Virus record (IMG/VR): IMGVR_UViG_3300029448_000049
Coordinates: 1 to 55,772 of that record
Length of the DNA: 55,772 bases
Reading direction: 5' to 3' (one strand)
Source of the DNA: a virus
Lineage: Duplodnaviria > Caudoviricetes
Below the pieces are notes generated by a model. It had not been told where the DNA came from. It saw only the letters and a program-made list of their open reading frames with translations, and ran no database searches. The position numbers and the translations under genes were made by a program. Below, one piece after another: positions 9,401-19,404 of the stretch. Position 1 is the stretch's first letter; each line of letters starts with the position of its first letter.

Positions 9401-12400
9401 TGATTTTTCTGGTTCTCACGATGGTAAATTAGCAAAAGATTTAATAGGTAAATTATTTATAGGTAATGATAGTGTTTTAATCTCTGAATTTAGCACAAAA
9501 GGTTTAAGTACAACAGATGCTAGGTTTGTAGGTTCTTTATTAAATTTATTAAGAACAGATCCTAATTATGAACAAAGAATACTAACTAATACAGGTTCTA
9601 AAGTTTCTTTTACTACAGAACAAATAAGAGATATTAAATCATTAAGAAAAGTTTTTAGAGACAATAGTATGGAACCTTCTTTAATTAGTGGCGATGTTAT
9701 GGAAAGCAGAATGTTTGAATCTATATATTCAGAACGTGCAATGGATGTTTTCTTTAAAGGTGCTGTTAAAAAAGATGGAACTATTTTAAACTCTACTGAT
9801 AGAAAAGTTTTAAGTAAATTAATGGACTTTAAATTATTAACTCCTAATATGGATATGGTAGAAATTATAGGTGTTATAAATCAAATGTCATCTCAGCTAA
9901 GTAATATTGACTTAAAAAAATTAGACTTAAATAGTAATAATAAAATGGGAAAAGGTTGGAGAGTAGTTGTAGATACTATTTTTAAAAATGAACCGACTAT
10001 GGATAAGCTTTTTGAACAAGTTGCAATTGAAATGGGTATTGAAAAACAATTTTTAGCAGCAGAATTATTTAGAAATTATAAAGATGTTATAAGTCCATAC
10101 TTAGTAACTGTTAATCCTAAAACTCAAAAACAAACAGGGTTTATAAAAACTACTTCAACAATTGCTTCTTTAAGGCCAGATCAATTATCTGAAATTATAC
10201 AACAAGTGTCTGCAGTTAAAAAATCTATGGACAATGTATTGCATGATAGTTTTCTTTCTAAATTAGATGCTATTAAAAACAATTCTAAGTTTGATTCAGA
10301 AACAAGAGAAACTCTTAACTGGATTCATCAAATGTATAACAACAGATCTGTAAATAGCAATGAAGTTATAGAGGCTTTAAGGAAAAAGGGTTATTATGAT
10401 ATTATGAATGATAAATTAATAATAGACCCTCTTAACAAAGATTTAAAGAAAGACATGCAAGAAATTTACGATAGAATGAAATTTGATATAGCACAAGGGT
10501 CTGAAGTTGCAAACCTAGAATCACAAATGAATCATTATAGAAGTACTATGAGTAAAGCTTCAGATATAGATTTATATAAATCAGTAACAAGAGATGCTTT
10601 TAAGCAAAAATATAGTTTAGATAAAGACTTTGATTTTTCTAAAGATACTAGTCGTGAAAAACTGATAGAAGATTCTAGAATTTATGACGAAAGTGGTAAA
10701 GAGTTAAAGTTTGAAGATATGAACAGCTCTCAACAATTTGAACTTATGAATGATATTCAACAATTAATTTTAGGTTCTAGAAGTCAAGTTAATGTTCAAA
10801 GACTATCAATTTCAGAAGGTTATGGTGTACATACAGATTTTAAACATACAGTTATGGATAATCATGTATTTAGAGAAATAGTTGAAATTTTTGGTAAAGA
10901 CTCTTTTGCAATTGTTGATATGCTAGTTGCAGGTAAAAACAATAGATTAGTAAATGCTCGTGGAAATCCTAAAATGATGAGTGAAATTATAAACAGAGTA
11001 GCTTTATCTAAAACTAGTATTGACAACAAGTTAAGAACAGACGAGTGGGGTACTTTAGTTCACGAAAAAGGTAATGGTCATATTGTAATAAAGTTAGCCG
11101 ACCTTTCTTGGGGTATAGGTGTTAAAAGAGAAAATGTTCCTAAAATACTTGAGTTATTTGAATCTAAAGTAAATGAATGGGAATCAACTTATAAAGACGT
11201 ACCAAAAAGTGTATTTGATTCTTTAAAAGAAACTCTAAAAATATCTACTAAATCTAAAAAGCCAATCTTAGATAAAGATAATAAAGAAACTGGTAAATTT
11301 GAATATGAATGGGATTTACCTGATGCTACTATACAATCTGAAAGATTGCAAACTATGTTCTCATTTATGTTTATGGATAAAAATATGGGTAAACACTTTT
11401 GGGAGCATATGAAAACAGAAACTCCTGAAAGTACAGCAAAATATGCAGGTAGATTAAGATTGTTAGCAAACACTGCTATGAAAGAATTGTCTACAGATTA
11501 CATAAAAGAAACGTATGATTTTTATCGTACTCATGCTTCTAGTAAAAAAATTAACCCTGAAATGATAAAAGGTTTAAAAAGAATTAATGAGAATGAAGGT
11601 TTAAAGATTATAGTAGCTGCTGATGAACAGTTTACTACTGGTGAACTTACAAAAGGTAAGTCAGCCAACATATTGCAAGAATTAAAAGCTCAAATAGATG
11701 CTGAAACTAAATTTGATAGTAAAATAGTAAATGAATTTGGTGACAATAACAGAACATGGGCTGGTGGTGGAGAAGTTAGTAAATACGACTCATATATGGC
11801 TGTAGGTACAGAAACTATGCAAGCATTGTACGCATTGTCAGGAGCTGCAAATACTCCTGGATTAGGTGGAATAAAACCTATTATACACAGAGTAGGTAGT
11901 AATGTTATTATAGGTAAAACAGCATTTGTAGCAGACCCTAGATTAGATGGTATGCTTAAAAAGAATAACCTTGATGCAGTAATGTTTGGTAGTGCTTCTA
12001 AAATACAAGATAAGAGTAGGTTTTTTACTGAATGGGAATCTTTTGATGATTTAGCTAAACTTAACTTAAAAGGTGGTAAAAAAGTCGATATGTCAAAACA
12101 TGTTGAACTACTTAAAGGTGAAGATATTTCTATAGGTTCTATCGTTAATTCAGATCATAACGCTACAATATCACATTCTGCATTAAATCATTTAAGTGGT
12201 GGAGCATCAAGAAAAGCATTTAATTGGCTTTTAAGAGATAATTTAGAAAACTTAATTAAAGAGTCTGATAAAAAGTTTGACTCTAATAATTTAGTAGATG
12301 GTTTAGCTTACAGTAAATACTTAATGGAAAATATGAGTGTTAAAGATAATGCTTCTTCTTATAATAGATGGATAAAAGCTAATGGTTTACCACAAATATC

Positions 12401-15400
12401 AACATTTTCTAATCAGTTTAGAAATCAATTAAAATCAAATTTAATAGATAAACCTGGTATACTAAGTATGAAAAGTTCTATGGGTGGACAATCTGTTGTG
12501 TCTCCTGGAGAGAAACTTTTGTTTACAACATTTAGAGAAAAATCAGACGGTACTCGTGAAGTTAATACTTATGGTGAAGCTGAAATACCTTTTATCTCAG
12601 GAGAAAAACTTATTGATGTAAATAACTTACATTTTGTAAAAAGAAACTCTAAAGGTAAAGATAATATTATTACTTTAAAAGAATTTGAAAAAGAGACAGG
12701 TAACACTAGTATTGCAAAAGGTGATAGATTAGTAGATGCTTTCTTAAAGATAGCAGATAATAAAGACTATCAAATTATGGCTAATTTTAGAAGAAATCCA
12801 CACACTAGACCTGGAGATGTAAGTTCTATAGGTATTAAAAATATATTAGCTGAAAACTATGGTAATCAAGTTAAATTAAATGCTTATGATTTTGCTATGC
12901 GACATGAAGGTGACTTTGATGTAGATAAATTAGACTTTTGGTGGAACACCCCTAAAGAAGTTGTTAAAGAATGGGATGCGTTATCTGGAAGAGTTTTAAG
13001 AGTTAATCCTGATGGGCCTAATCAAAAAACTAGTCTTCCTAAAAATCTATCTTTTAAAGACGCTGCAAGTATGAATAAATTCTATGAAGGTGACTATATA
13101 GCTCAAACTATAAGAGGTGTTATTGTTAAAACTCCTAGACTTTTAAATGCTTTAAAACATTATAGTTCTGGTGGTGCTATGAATACAGAGACAGGTAAAG
13201 CTTTTGCTGGTCTTAGTCTTAGAATAAAAAGTGCTGAAGGTGGAGGTAAACTGTATATTGATCCAGTTAAAATGGAAAAAACTTTAGATCAATTAGCTAC
13301 TGACATTCAAAATATAACAGATTCTAGACAGGGTTACAATGCTGAAAAGTATAATACTCAATGGTTTGATAGAGTACTATTTGGTGATTCTGAACATGGT
13401 TACGAGGGTGTGTTTAGTAAAGCTACATTTAATACTGAAGGTAAGTTTAAAAACACTTGGACTCCTACTATAGCATCTCATGAATTTACAGCTACAGAAA
13501 AAGCAGTTATAAAAGCAGTTATAGAACCTTACTCACATTTATTAGGTTTGGCTACTGGTAAGTTTTCTACTGGTAAAAGAGAAAAAATAAGTTATGATGA
13601 TATTTTATCTCAAACTAGAACATTTGATTCTCAAATGGCTAATTTACCTCAATATGTTTATTGGAAAGTAACGAAACAAAAAGGCATTGACAAACAAGAG
13701 TTAAACAGAATGTTTGATAGAGATAAAGGTAAAGGTTTCTTTAATCCTTTTGGTAATTTTGGTGACGCTATAAGACCTAACTTAGCTAGAGATACTAGAG
13801 CTACTACTAAATGGATGGATAATCAATTACCTTTTGAAAGAGCTATGTCAGTTATATCTTATCATGATAATATGAAATTAGAATCGCCTGGCAGAATCGG
13901 TGGTGAAATGTTAAGCGAGTTTAAAGCATTTAGTGAAAAAGGTATGTATAGTGAAGATTTTAGTAATACAGCTAAAGATTTTATAACTGAATTAAATAAA
14001 AATAATAAGTTCTTAGGTTATGTAAACTATCTTGATTTTAGAATAAGAAGTCAAGAAAAGGCTAGATATGCTGCTTATGGTAAAGATAATAAACCATATG
14101 CTGAATACTTAACAGAAGAAATTTCTGTATTAAAGAAACAAAAATCTGAAATAGAAAATCAAATGATTCTTGGTGAGTCTGGTCAAGCAGCTCCATGGGC
14201 TAAAGGTATAAGAGAAGCCTCTAAAAGAAAACTTGTTGACGATATGATTAAAGAAAAAAGAGCACCTAAAGGGTGGGCAGAAGGTGAACTTCCTACTAGT
14301 TTTGATTATGCTACAGTCAGCGCTTGGGCTAAAAGAAATGATAATGCTTTAAATAAATATGTTGGTAAAAACAATATTATACGCGTTGAAGGTGTAAGTT
14401 CTATGGAACAACTTGAAAGATTAATATGGTTTAATTCTTTTGATAGGTATAACAAAATATTTATAAATGAAACTATTCAAGACAAAAGAATGTCAGAAGA
14501 CTTTGAAAAAGATATAAAAGATTTTAAAAGTTATTACAGAAATACTTGGAAAAACAATTTTAATGGACAAGAGTGGTATATGGATGCAACTCGTTCTAAT
14601 ACAGTAATAATGGACAAACTAGAAAGAAAGTTTTCAAAATGGCAAGCAGAAGGTGGTTATGGTCAATTATTCTTATGGAAACTTATGTCTCCAGAAACAG
14701 AGTCTTTTAAATTTACTTATGTACATGACAGATTAACACCAGCATTCAAAAAAGAAAGCTTATCTATGATCAGATTAGGTTTAAATTTTATTTCTGGTGC
14801 AGATAACAAGTTATTTACAGAATTTAATAAAGATATGATATTCTCTCATCTTTCAGGGCACGTAAACAACTCTTTAAGAGCAATTTATGGGCTACCTGGT
14901 GAAAGAGGTACTGTAGTGCATAATACTATGTCAAATGCAGCAAATATGAAACATGACATATTTAGAGGGTTTCCTTTAGTTGACGATATAGCTACTTATA
15001 ATTTTAGTGATTGGTCTCCAAGCTTTCAACAAAAATACATAAATCCAGGAGTTTCTAGTTTATTTGGATTTGATGGAGCTAATAAAAACATTGCTTATCA
15101 CATGTCATCTCAACCTTTATTACCAAGTTTTGCAGCTGAAATGGCTAAAGCAAGCTATTTACACTATATGCCTGTTGGATATATACCTGAATTTGTTGGC
15201 GCTACTAAGTATGGTGCTATAAATGGTGGACAAAGTTATTTAAGAGCTGTTGAAAATGGTTTTCAAATAATGCTTGGAGATGCAGTAAAACAAAATTTAA
15301 CTTATGGTGGTCCTAAAAGAGTTGTACATAGACAACCTTATGAAGGCTTACCACCAGTGCCTGCATCAAGTGGTGCTGAAAAATTAAAAGGTATAACTAA

Positions 15401-15425
15401 TTCAAAAGTAGGAGGTGAGTGCTAA
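6450..15425 (+). CDS. Giant virion protein with a two-barrel (DPBB) RNA polymerase region and a lysozyme-like N-terminal domain
   Basis: 2991 aa. Contains RRNPHTRPGD followed by RHEGDFDVDK (DxDxD at 12912-12926), and upstream GGIKP..GKTAF..DAVMFGSASK. N-terminal RHNNPGG...YDTYEQGEKA resembles phage muramidase-like motifs. Confidence 0.75.
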   Translation: MSVDFQLFKENLNKRGLNWSDQKILDYISVQEDKKITQPIMQSDLGGEIFNIVKKFEYNDSARSQRHNNPGGHTWNLEREAKYGAKKGESFQSQDEYGNKMTLYTAKYDTYEQGEKASIAVTNNIINNTIKRYDLKPNDPGFGEAFAKEYTRNSDPKVIRNYGGDIQNAISNYTNNMPQTAPQRSVQSTNMQDKLSAMSQASSVYKPLGYEEPKGAAADFIGNFLWNAADLSTFGLLDYLDVDEFVFGKEYGEEPGQAAPSTFAGRVGAGLGGFAGFLTPFGLTKGAVGAGIKGLSKYGTSAAAKNIAKEGAEFLGKKAGVSKQGYKKFQNLPIKEQNKFMDFLYGEGMTASAGMTSIASSIASKKGKDLFVKSWNEGSNRIIREQFKKYGIRATDSNVSQIKNIVDKTLGLSNKSVQPITNLQQRIAIALGGTPGAGKLATIASHTIEEGLLFAMVETPMEFFQALDQEREFDFTGRWKHAFLLGNALGAAKMIPGGLKMPDGQDFKIGRNVLKRWQLAGKNKKPYSTYLTDTQKQRDHLVVMARSLFKKVKNKSEFSDDVITTLDDIKVLGQTKAGGDKLKKVLSNLEKNWTARWNKDFIKEVSSDLIGSTPRMLAGSMVFNYEVVFAEEVPLEDKVFNFLLGAFMTKQGKRVDYVSQTGKTKTFFAERHKDVGKDFIDANTYLDLLGINPKVYNAQALYNASLIERKHLRNLEMNEDVQGLIKILNSENLVIKDDGTPIKIDKNAAAEGEFPIYEAMQNIFDGYLSGSGERMKGPTEISKDAVRKLEKKLAETNFKAAERGIRDVNHIDDIIYDAADTAMKDVINTHLLAANEIYNHLGGRQNRVIQEPGETASGKKILPDYLPISIEAGETLTAENRIVLDKYNRIVKTLNGRQLQFNEKHPKPLKVKNEDFQGLKEKIESYDMKVDELVNGTRQGPEVGRAYGLMEEGYLMDLIMHQNFYRGVRQIHNKMTDFDSVLWGDFSGSHDGKLAKDLIGKLFIGNDSVLISEFSTKGLSTTDARFVGSLLNLLRTDPNYEQRILTNTGSKVSFTTEQIRDIKSLRKVFRDNSMEPSLISGDVMESRMFESIYSERAMDVFFKGAVKKDGTILNSTDRKVLSKLMDFKLLTPNMDMVEIIGVINQMSSQLSNIDLKKLDLNSNNKMGKGWRVVVDTIFKNEPTMDKLFEQVAIEMGIEKQFLAAELFRNYKDVISPYLVTVNPKTQKQTGFIKTTSTIASLRPDQLSEIIQQVSAVKKSMDNVLHDSFLSKLDAIKNNSKFDSETRETLNWIHQMYNNRSVNSNEVIEALRKKGYYDIMNDKLIIDPLNKDLKKDMQEIYDRMKFDIAQGSEVANLESQMNHYRSTMSKASDIDLYKSVTRDAFKQKYSLDKDFDFSKDTSREKLIEDSRIYDESGKELKFEDMNSSQQFELMNDIQQLILGSRSQVNVQRLSISEGYGVHTDFKHTVMDNHVFREIVEIFGKDSFAIVDMLVAGKNNRLVNARGNPKMMSEIINRVALSKTSIDNKLRTDEWGTLVHEKGNGHIVIKLADLSWGIGVKRENVPKILELFESKVNEWESTYKDVPKSVFDSLKETLKISTKSKKPILDKDNKETGKFEYEWDLPDATIQSERLQTMFSFMFMDKNMGKHFWEHMKTETPESTAKYAGRLRLLANTAMKELSTDYIKETYDFYRTHASSKKINPEMIKGLKRINENEGLKIIVAADEQFTTGELTKGKSANILQELKAQIDAETKFDSKIVNEFGDNNRTWAGGGEVSKYDSYMAVGTETMQALYALSGAANTPGLGGIKPIIHRVGSNVIIGKTAFVADPRLDGMLKKNNLDAVMFGSASKIQDKSRFFTEWESFDDLAKLNLKGGKKVDMSKHVELLKGEDISIGSIVNSDHNATISHSALNHLSGGASRKAFNWLLRDNLENLIKESDKKFDSNNLVDGLAYSKYLMENMSVKDNASSYNRWIKANGLPQISTFSNQFRNQLKSNLIDKPGILSMKSSMGGQSVVSPGEKLLFTTFREKSDGTREVNTYGEAEIPFISGEKLIDVNNLHFVKRNSKGKDNIITLKEFEKETGNTSIAKGDRLVDAFLKIADNKDYQIMANFRRNPHTRPGDVSSIGIKNILAENYGNQVKLNAYDFAMRHEGDFDVDKLDFWWNTPKEVVKEWDALSGRVLRVNPDGPNQKTSLPKNLSFKDAASMNKFYEGDYIAQTIRGVIVKTPRLLNALKHYSSGGAMNTETGKAFAGLSLRIKSAEGGGKLYIDPVKMEKTLDQLATDIQNITDSRQGYNAEKYNTQWFDRVLFGDSEHGYEGVFSKATFNTEGKFKNTWTPTIASHEFTATEKAVIKAVIEPYSHLLGLATGKFSTGKREKISYDDILSQTRTFDSQMANLPQYVYWKVTKQKGIDKQELNRMFDRDKGKGFFNPFGNFGDAIRPNLARDTRATTKWMDNQLPFERAMSVISYHDNMKLESPGRIGGEMLSEFKAFSEKGMYSEDFSNTAKDFITELNKNNKFLGYVNYLDFRIRSQEKARYAAYGKDNKPYAEYLTEEISVLKKQKSEIENQMILGESGQAAPWAKGIREASKRKLVDDMIKEKRAPKGWAEGELPTSFDYATVSAWAKRNDNALNKYVGKNNIIRVEGVSSMEQLERLIWFNSFDRYNKIFINETIQDKRMSEDFEKDIKDFKSYYRNTWKNNFNGQEWYMDATRSNTVIMDKLERKFSKWQAEGGYGQLFLWKLMSPETESFKFTYVHDRLTPAFKKESLSMIRLGLNFISGADNKLFTEFNKDMIFSHLSGHVNNSLRAIYGLPGERGTVVHNTMSNAANMKHDIFRGFPLVDDIATYNFSDWSPSFQQKYINPGVSSLFGFDGANKNIAYHMSSQPLLPSFAAEMAKASYLHYMPVGYIPEFVGATKYGAINGGQSYLRAVENGFQIMLGDAVKQNLTYGGPKRVVHRQPYEGLPPVPASSGAEKLKGITNSKVGGEC

Positions 15426-18079
15426 TGGCATGTTTGAACCCTTTAAATGTAAAAGCTAGTGAACAAGAAAGAGCCGCTAGATTAAACACTTTAGTTGATA
15501 AATGGACAAATCATAAAGTAATAAAAGCTATGACTGGTGGTAGAGCTAATGAGTTTGAAAGATTTTATAGTGAAATACTTCCTAATTTAGATTTTGAATT
15601 TAGTAGACTGCCTAATGCAAAAGAATTAAATAAACTTGATAAAAAGATGGATAAATTTTTAAAGGGTTTAACTAAAACTCCTGGTAAAATTGGTCAATTA
15701 TTTAATCTTCCTGAGAATATATTAAGAAAAAACCCTATAACTAAAAAGTATTACAATAATTTAATCCAAGCAAGTAATTACTATCATGGTAATTTACAAA
15801 CTATAGGTAGTGATTTAGCTATGGTTAAAAATTCTTTAAATAGAGCCATGAATGACGTAGGATTTATGAATAAATATGGGTTTGGTAGGGGTAGTATTCA
15901 AAAAGAATTAAATAAACATAAAACTACGCACGAAAAATTAATGAGTGATGGTAAAGTAGAAGAAGCTGATGCTTACGCTAAAAAATGGTTAGAAAATGTT
16001 GATCCTAAATCTCAAATGGCTGTTAATAATGCATTATATGATTTAATGATAGACCCTAGTAAAATTAAAAAACAAGATTTAAGTGCAGCTAAACTAAAAT
16101 ATGGACCTGAAATTGTAGAAGCTGTTAATATGTGGCATTACGGCAAGCCTTCTGAAAATATTAAACCTTTAAAAAATAGGCTTTGGAAAGTTTTAGGAAA
16201 TGGTATACTAGATTATGTTGAAGTTTTAAAAAGTCACAAAAATGAATTTAATGACGTAGGCTTTCAAATAAAACAACTAGAAAATATGTATAAAACTTAC
16301 TTTTCTTCAAAAGCTACTAAAAAACCTAAAGATTATTTTCCTACACAAATACTAGATATAGCTCCTACATTTGCTAAATTTAGTCAAGATATGTTTTCAG
16401 GTAAAATGGATACTAATTATAAAGATATTAGCTCTTATATGTCTACTATGATTAAAAATGTATCAGACAATTTAAATATGCCTAGTATAACTTTTGAAAA
16501 GAAATCAGGTAGATTTGATTATCAAAATAAAGATGTAATAGGTCTTTTAGATACATTCTCAAACAATGTGATTAGATTTAATTATAACGCTAGAGTAACT
16601 AAAGAAACTACAAATGCTTTAAAAGAATTAGGTAAACTAGAAGGTAAAGATTATGATCAGCATCTTCAGTTCTTAGCAGGTTATATAGGCGATACTCATG
16701 AAGCTGTATTAGGAACTAAGTTTAGAGATAGTAAGTTAGCACATTTTTCTAGAGCAATTACATCATTCCAATTTATATCTAAGTTAGGTTTAAACTTAAG
16801 GTCTTCTGCTAGAAATGCTACACAGTCTTTACAGAATTGGGTATATTTTGGTAGTAAAGGTATATATACTGCTATGAAAGATATGCAATCTGAATCTATG
16901 AAAACAATTGTAGATTCTGAAATGAAAAAACATGGATTTGAATTTGTTAACATACAAGAATTAGCTATGCCTAAAGACTTAATGAGACAGTTAGAAGTTA
17001 CTCCAGAAGGTAGAGTTGTAGAAAAAGGTCCTTCTACTGTAGATAAAGTTAATGATTGGTTTGAAAATGTTGCAAGAGTTACAGGTAAACCTATGCAATG
17101 GGTTGAAAATAATATAAACAGGGGTTTAACATTTAAAATTGCTTTTATGACTAAATATAGAGACTTAAAGAAAAGTGAAGAACTTTTAAGAAAGACTCTA
17201 AAAGCATCTAAAGATCAAGAAATGGATATAACTCCTAAAGTAGAAAAACAAATTATAGATAAAGCTTCACAATATGGAGCTGAACTTGTTAAAGAGCTAC
17301 ATTATCAATACGACAGATTTGCTAAACCTAATATTACAAAAACACCAGTAGGTGCTGTATTAGGTCAGTTTTCTACATATGCTTTTAACTTTTTTAATTA
17401 CCAAGCTAAAATAGCAAGAAGAGGTGGTAATGAGGTACTTGCAGGAGAATGGAGTAGTCCTGAAGCTCAAAGATTGTATAGATTAGGTATGTTATATACT
17501 ATGGTAACAGGTTTGTCTGCTCTTACTAATACTAATTTTAATAACTTAATACAAAATGATACTCTAGAAAGAGGAGTAAGATTAAAGCAGTATCTATTAG
17601 GTGATAAAGAGGCTAAAAAGAAAGCATTTTATGGATTAGACCCAATTACAGGAACCTTTGGTGGTCCTTTTATAAGTGACCTTTTAAGAATAGGTCATGC
17701 TGTTAATTTTATGGGTATGAATGGTAAAGATTGGACTACTTATGCTAATGGATACATTAAGTTTAATGAAAGACATAAAACTAGTGCTACAGAAGAAATA
17801 GTTAGAACTCTTAACACGCAAATAGGAAGATTAGTTTATACTACGATACCTAGATCTATAAACGGAACAGGTGTGCCAACATTGTTAGGACAAGAATTAG
17901 GACTATATGGAACACCAGAGTTGTCATCATTTAAAGATGCTATGTTAATGCCTATGCAAAAATATATGCCTAAGCCTGTTTCTGAGTATTTTACTCCTAA
18001 AAAGAGTAAGAAAGAGAAAAAGTATTCAGATGATGAACTCATGCAAATACTTTCCTCTCTCGGCACTTTTAACCAGTAA
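15425..18079 (+). CDS. Large internal virion / ejection protein
   Basis: Probable start is the ATG at 15425 (TAATG overlap, GGAGG RBS). C-terminal LGLNLRSSARNATQ...VLGQFSTYAFNF pattern resembles C-termini of large phage virion proteins. Confidence 0.6.
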   Translation: MACLNPLNVKASEQERAARLNTLVDKWTNHKVIKAMTGGRANEFERFYSEILPNLDFEFSRLPNAKELNKLDKKMDKFLKGLTKTPGKIGQLFNLPENILRKNPITKKYYNNLIQASNYYHGNLQTIGSDLAMVKNSLNRAMNDVGFMNKYGFGRGSIQKELNKHKTTHEKLMSDGKVEEADAYAKKWLENVDPKSQMAVNNALYDLMIDPSKIKKQDLSAAKLKYGPEIVEAVNMWHYGKPSENIKPLKNRLWKVLGNGILDYVEVLKSHKNEFNDVGFQIKQLENMYKTYFSSKATKKPKDYFPTQILDIAPTFAKFSQDMFSGKMDTNYKDISSYMSTMIKNVSDNLNMPSITFEKKSGRFDYQNKDVIGLLDTFSNNVIRFNYNARVTKETTNALKELGKLEGKDYDQHLQFLAGYIGDTHEAVLGTKFRDSKLAHFSRAITSFQFISKLGLNLRSSARNATQSLQNWVYFGSKGIYTAMKDMQSESMKTIVDSEMKKHGFEFVNIQELAMPKDLMRQLEVTPEGRVVEKGPSTVDKVNDWFENVARVTGKPMQWVENNINRGLTFKIAFMTKYRDLKKSEELLRKTLKASKDQEMDITPKVEKQIIDKASQYGAELVKELHYQYDRFAKPNITKTPVGAVLGQFSTYAFNFFNYQAKIARRGGNEVLAGEWSSPEAQRLYRLGMLYTMVTGLSALTNTNFNNLIQNDTLERGVRLKQYLLGDKEAKKKAFYGLDPITGTFGGPFISDLLRIGHAVNFMGMNGKDWTTYANGYIKFNERHKTSATEEIVRTLNTQIGRLVYTTIPRSINGTGVPTLLGQELGLYGTPELSSFKDAMLMPMQKYMPKPVSEYFTPKKSKKEKKYSDDELMQILSSLGTFNQ

Positions 18080-18242
18080 CTTCCTGCTTTTTAAGTTCAA
18101 CTAAACTTTTAAGATAACTCACAGTGTCAAACCACTGGTCTAATTGGTTTAGAAATGATTGAGGTATTTCAGAATAACTTGTGTTGTCTATATACTTTTC
18201 AATCCATTCGATATTTTTTCTGTCTAAGCTGTTTAATTCCAT
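18069..18242 (-). CDS. Small hypothetical protein (57 aa, not in ORF track)
   Basis: MELNSLDRKNIEW...KKQEVTG; TAATG-coupled to the resolvase; last gene of the minus arm. Confidence 0.55.
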   Translation of the reverse strand: MELNSLDRKNIEWIEKYIDNTSYSEIPQSFLNQLDQWFDTVSYLKSLVELKKQEVTG

Positions 18243-18595
18243 TAAATCTCCCTTAACTTTTGATCAATTAATTCTATAAAATGTTCAAATTCTATAGCTA
18301 CATATATTTTACTTCTATTACGTTTAAAAACAAGCACGGGCTGTCTGTCTTCACAATTAGATTCTGCTTGCTCTAAAGACTTCCACAAGTTTAATCTTTC
18401 TTGATTTTTACATTCAAAACTATACCTAATAGCTCTTTTAGCTGCTGGTGATAATACAATATCTTCACCACTCATTCCCATAACTTGGGATTCAATATCA
18501 TTCGTCTCAAGAGTCTCCGTAAACACAGAGCGAAGGCGGTCCCTCACTAGGTTTTGCAGTTTTCTTCCCTTGTTCTTTGCGGAACGTGATTTCAT
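18242..18595 (-). CDS. Holliday junction resolvase (Hjc-like PD-(D/E)xK nuclease)
   Basis: SAKNKGRKLQ...GEDI...SFECKNQE...VLVFKRNRS motif series. Confidence 0.85.
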   Translation of the reverse strand: MKSRSAKNKGRKLQNLVRDRLRSVFTETLETNDIESQVMGMSGEDIVLSPAAKRAIRYSFECKNQERLNLWKSLEQAESNCEDRQPVLVFKRNRSKIYVAIEFEHFIELIDQKLREI

Positions 18596-18761
18596 AACTC
18601 CCCTCTCTTATTTTTTTAAGTGCTTGTTTTTTTTCAATTTCTTCACTATCAGTAACATATTCACCATTATCCATTATTTCATAATTATCTGGATGTAAAT
18701 CTTTATACGTTTCTATCATGCTATCAATCTGATTCTTCAATTTTATCAGGTCTTCTATCAT
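18507..18761 (-). CDS. Hypothetical protein
   Basis: 84 aa with a GGAGG RBS; 3' end overlaps the resolvase gene. Confidence 0.45.
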   Translation of the reverse strand: MIEDLIKLKNQIDSMIETYKDLHPDNYEIMDNGEYVTDSEEIEKKQALKKIREGSYEITFRKEQGKKTAKPSEGPPSLCVYGDS

Positions 18762-18924
18762 AGTATTCCTCCATTATTAATAAAGCACACACCCTACATA
18801 CATATAAACAAGAGTTTGGAGAACTAAGTCTGTATATAGGGGTGCACTTTTCTTTACATTTTGAACAATTAGTCACTTGATATCCACCAAGGTAACTTTT
18901 TTTTAATCCTAGCCCTACGTACAT
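18724..18924 (-). CDS. Small Zn-finger protein (start may be the GTG at ~18876)
   Basis: CSKC...CRVC cysteine pairs. Confidence 0.45.
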   Translation of the reverse strand: MYVGLGLKKSYLGGYQVTNCSKCKEKCTPIYRLSSPNSCLYVCRVCALLIMEEYYDRRPDKIEESD

Positions 18925-18980
18925 GGTTAGGCTCTTTAGGATTGTTTTTTCTATGCTCTTTAATTGCTTGTAATTGTTTT

Positions 18981-19259
18981 TTAGTCAATTTCTCTTCCAT
19001 TAAACGTCTCCATAATATTATCAAATAAAGGATGCATTTCATCTGGTTCTGGCTCTACTTCTGTACCATACTCTTCCATAGCTACAGATGTTGCAAGTAT
19101 TGCTACACATTGTCCACAATTATCAGGGTCTTTACAATTCTTTTCATGCTCTATAGCTTCTTTTGAATTGCAGTACCATTCCCAGCTACTTTCCTTTTGC
19201 ATCATCTTCTCCTTTATCATATTTATTTTGTAAATGTTCAGTAAATTTATCACCGTCAT
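18981..19259 (-). CDS. Hypothetical Cys-rich protein (true start probably ~19205)
   Basis: HEKNCKDPDNCGQC; AGGAG RBS upstream of MMQKE. Confidence 0.5.
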   Translation of the reverse strand: MTVINLLNIYKINMIKEKMMQKESSWEWYCNSKEAIEHEKNCKDPDNCGQCVAILATSVAMEEYGTEVEPEPDEMHPLFDNIMETFNGREID

Positions 19260-19404
19260 TTTTAAATATTAAATACTCAGTAAAAGTTAAGTTATTCTGC
19301 TGAAAAGCTTGATATAAGCCATCCATTCTTTTAATGATAATAGATATTGCATCTCTTACTTCATTTAAAGTTGGTTTTTTATTTTTACTCATAATTACTC
19401 CCAA
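19186..19404 (-). CDS. Hypothetical protein
   Basis: Co-oriented ORF; GGGAG RBS before MSKNKK. Confidence 0.55.
   Translation of the reverse strand: MGVIMSKNKKPTLNEVRDAISIIIKRMDGLYQAFQQNNLTFTEYLIFKNDGDKFTEHLQNKYDKGEDDAKGK

Noticed and set aside
15400-15425. The RNAP C-terminus NSKVGGEC resembles the Ubl tail NNKSGGDQ; other ORFs end in GGF, GGA or GGYNI
   Set aside because: In these cases the Gly-Gly codons are the GGAGG/GGAGGA Shine-Dalgarno of the next gene, which explains them without implying conjugation substrates.
6450-15425. N4-type (T7-like single-subunit) virion RNAP
   Set aside because: I found no convincing T7-family motif set, whereas the RxP...DxDxD arrangement fits the two-barrel family.
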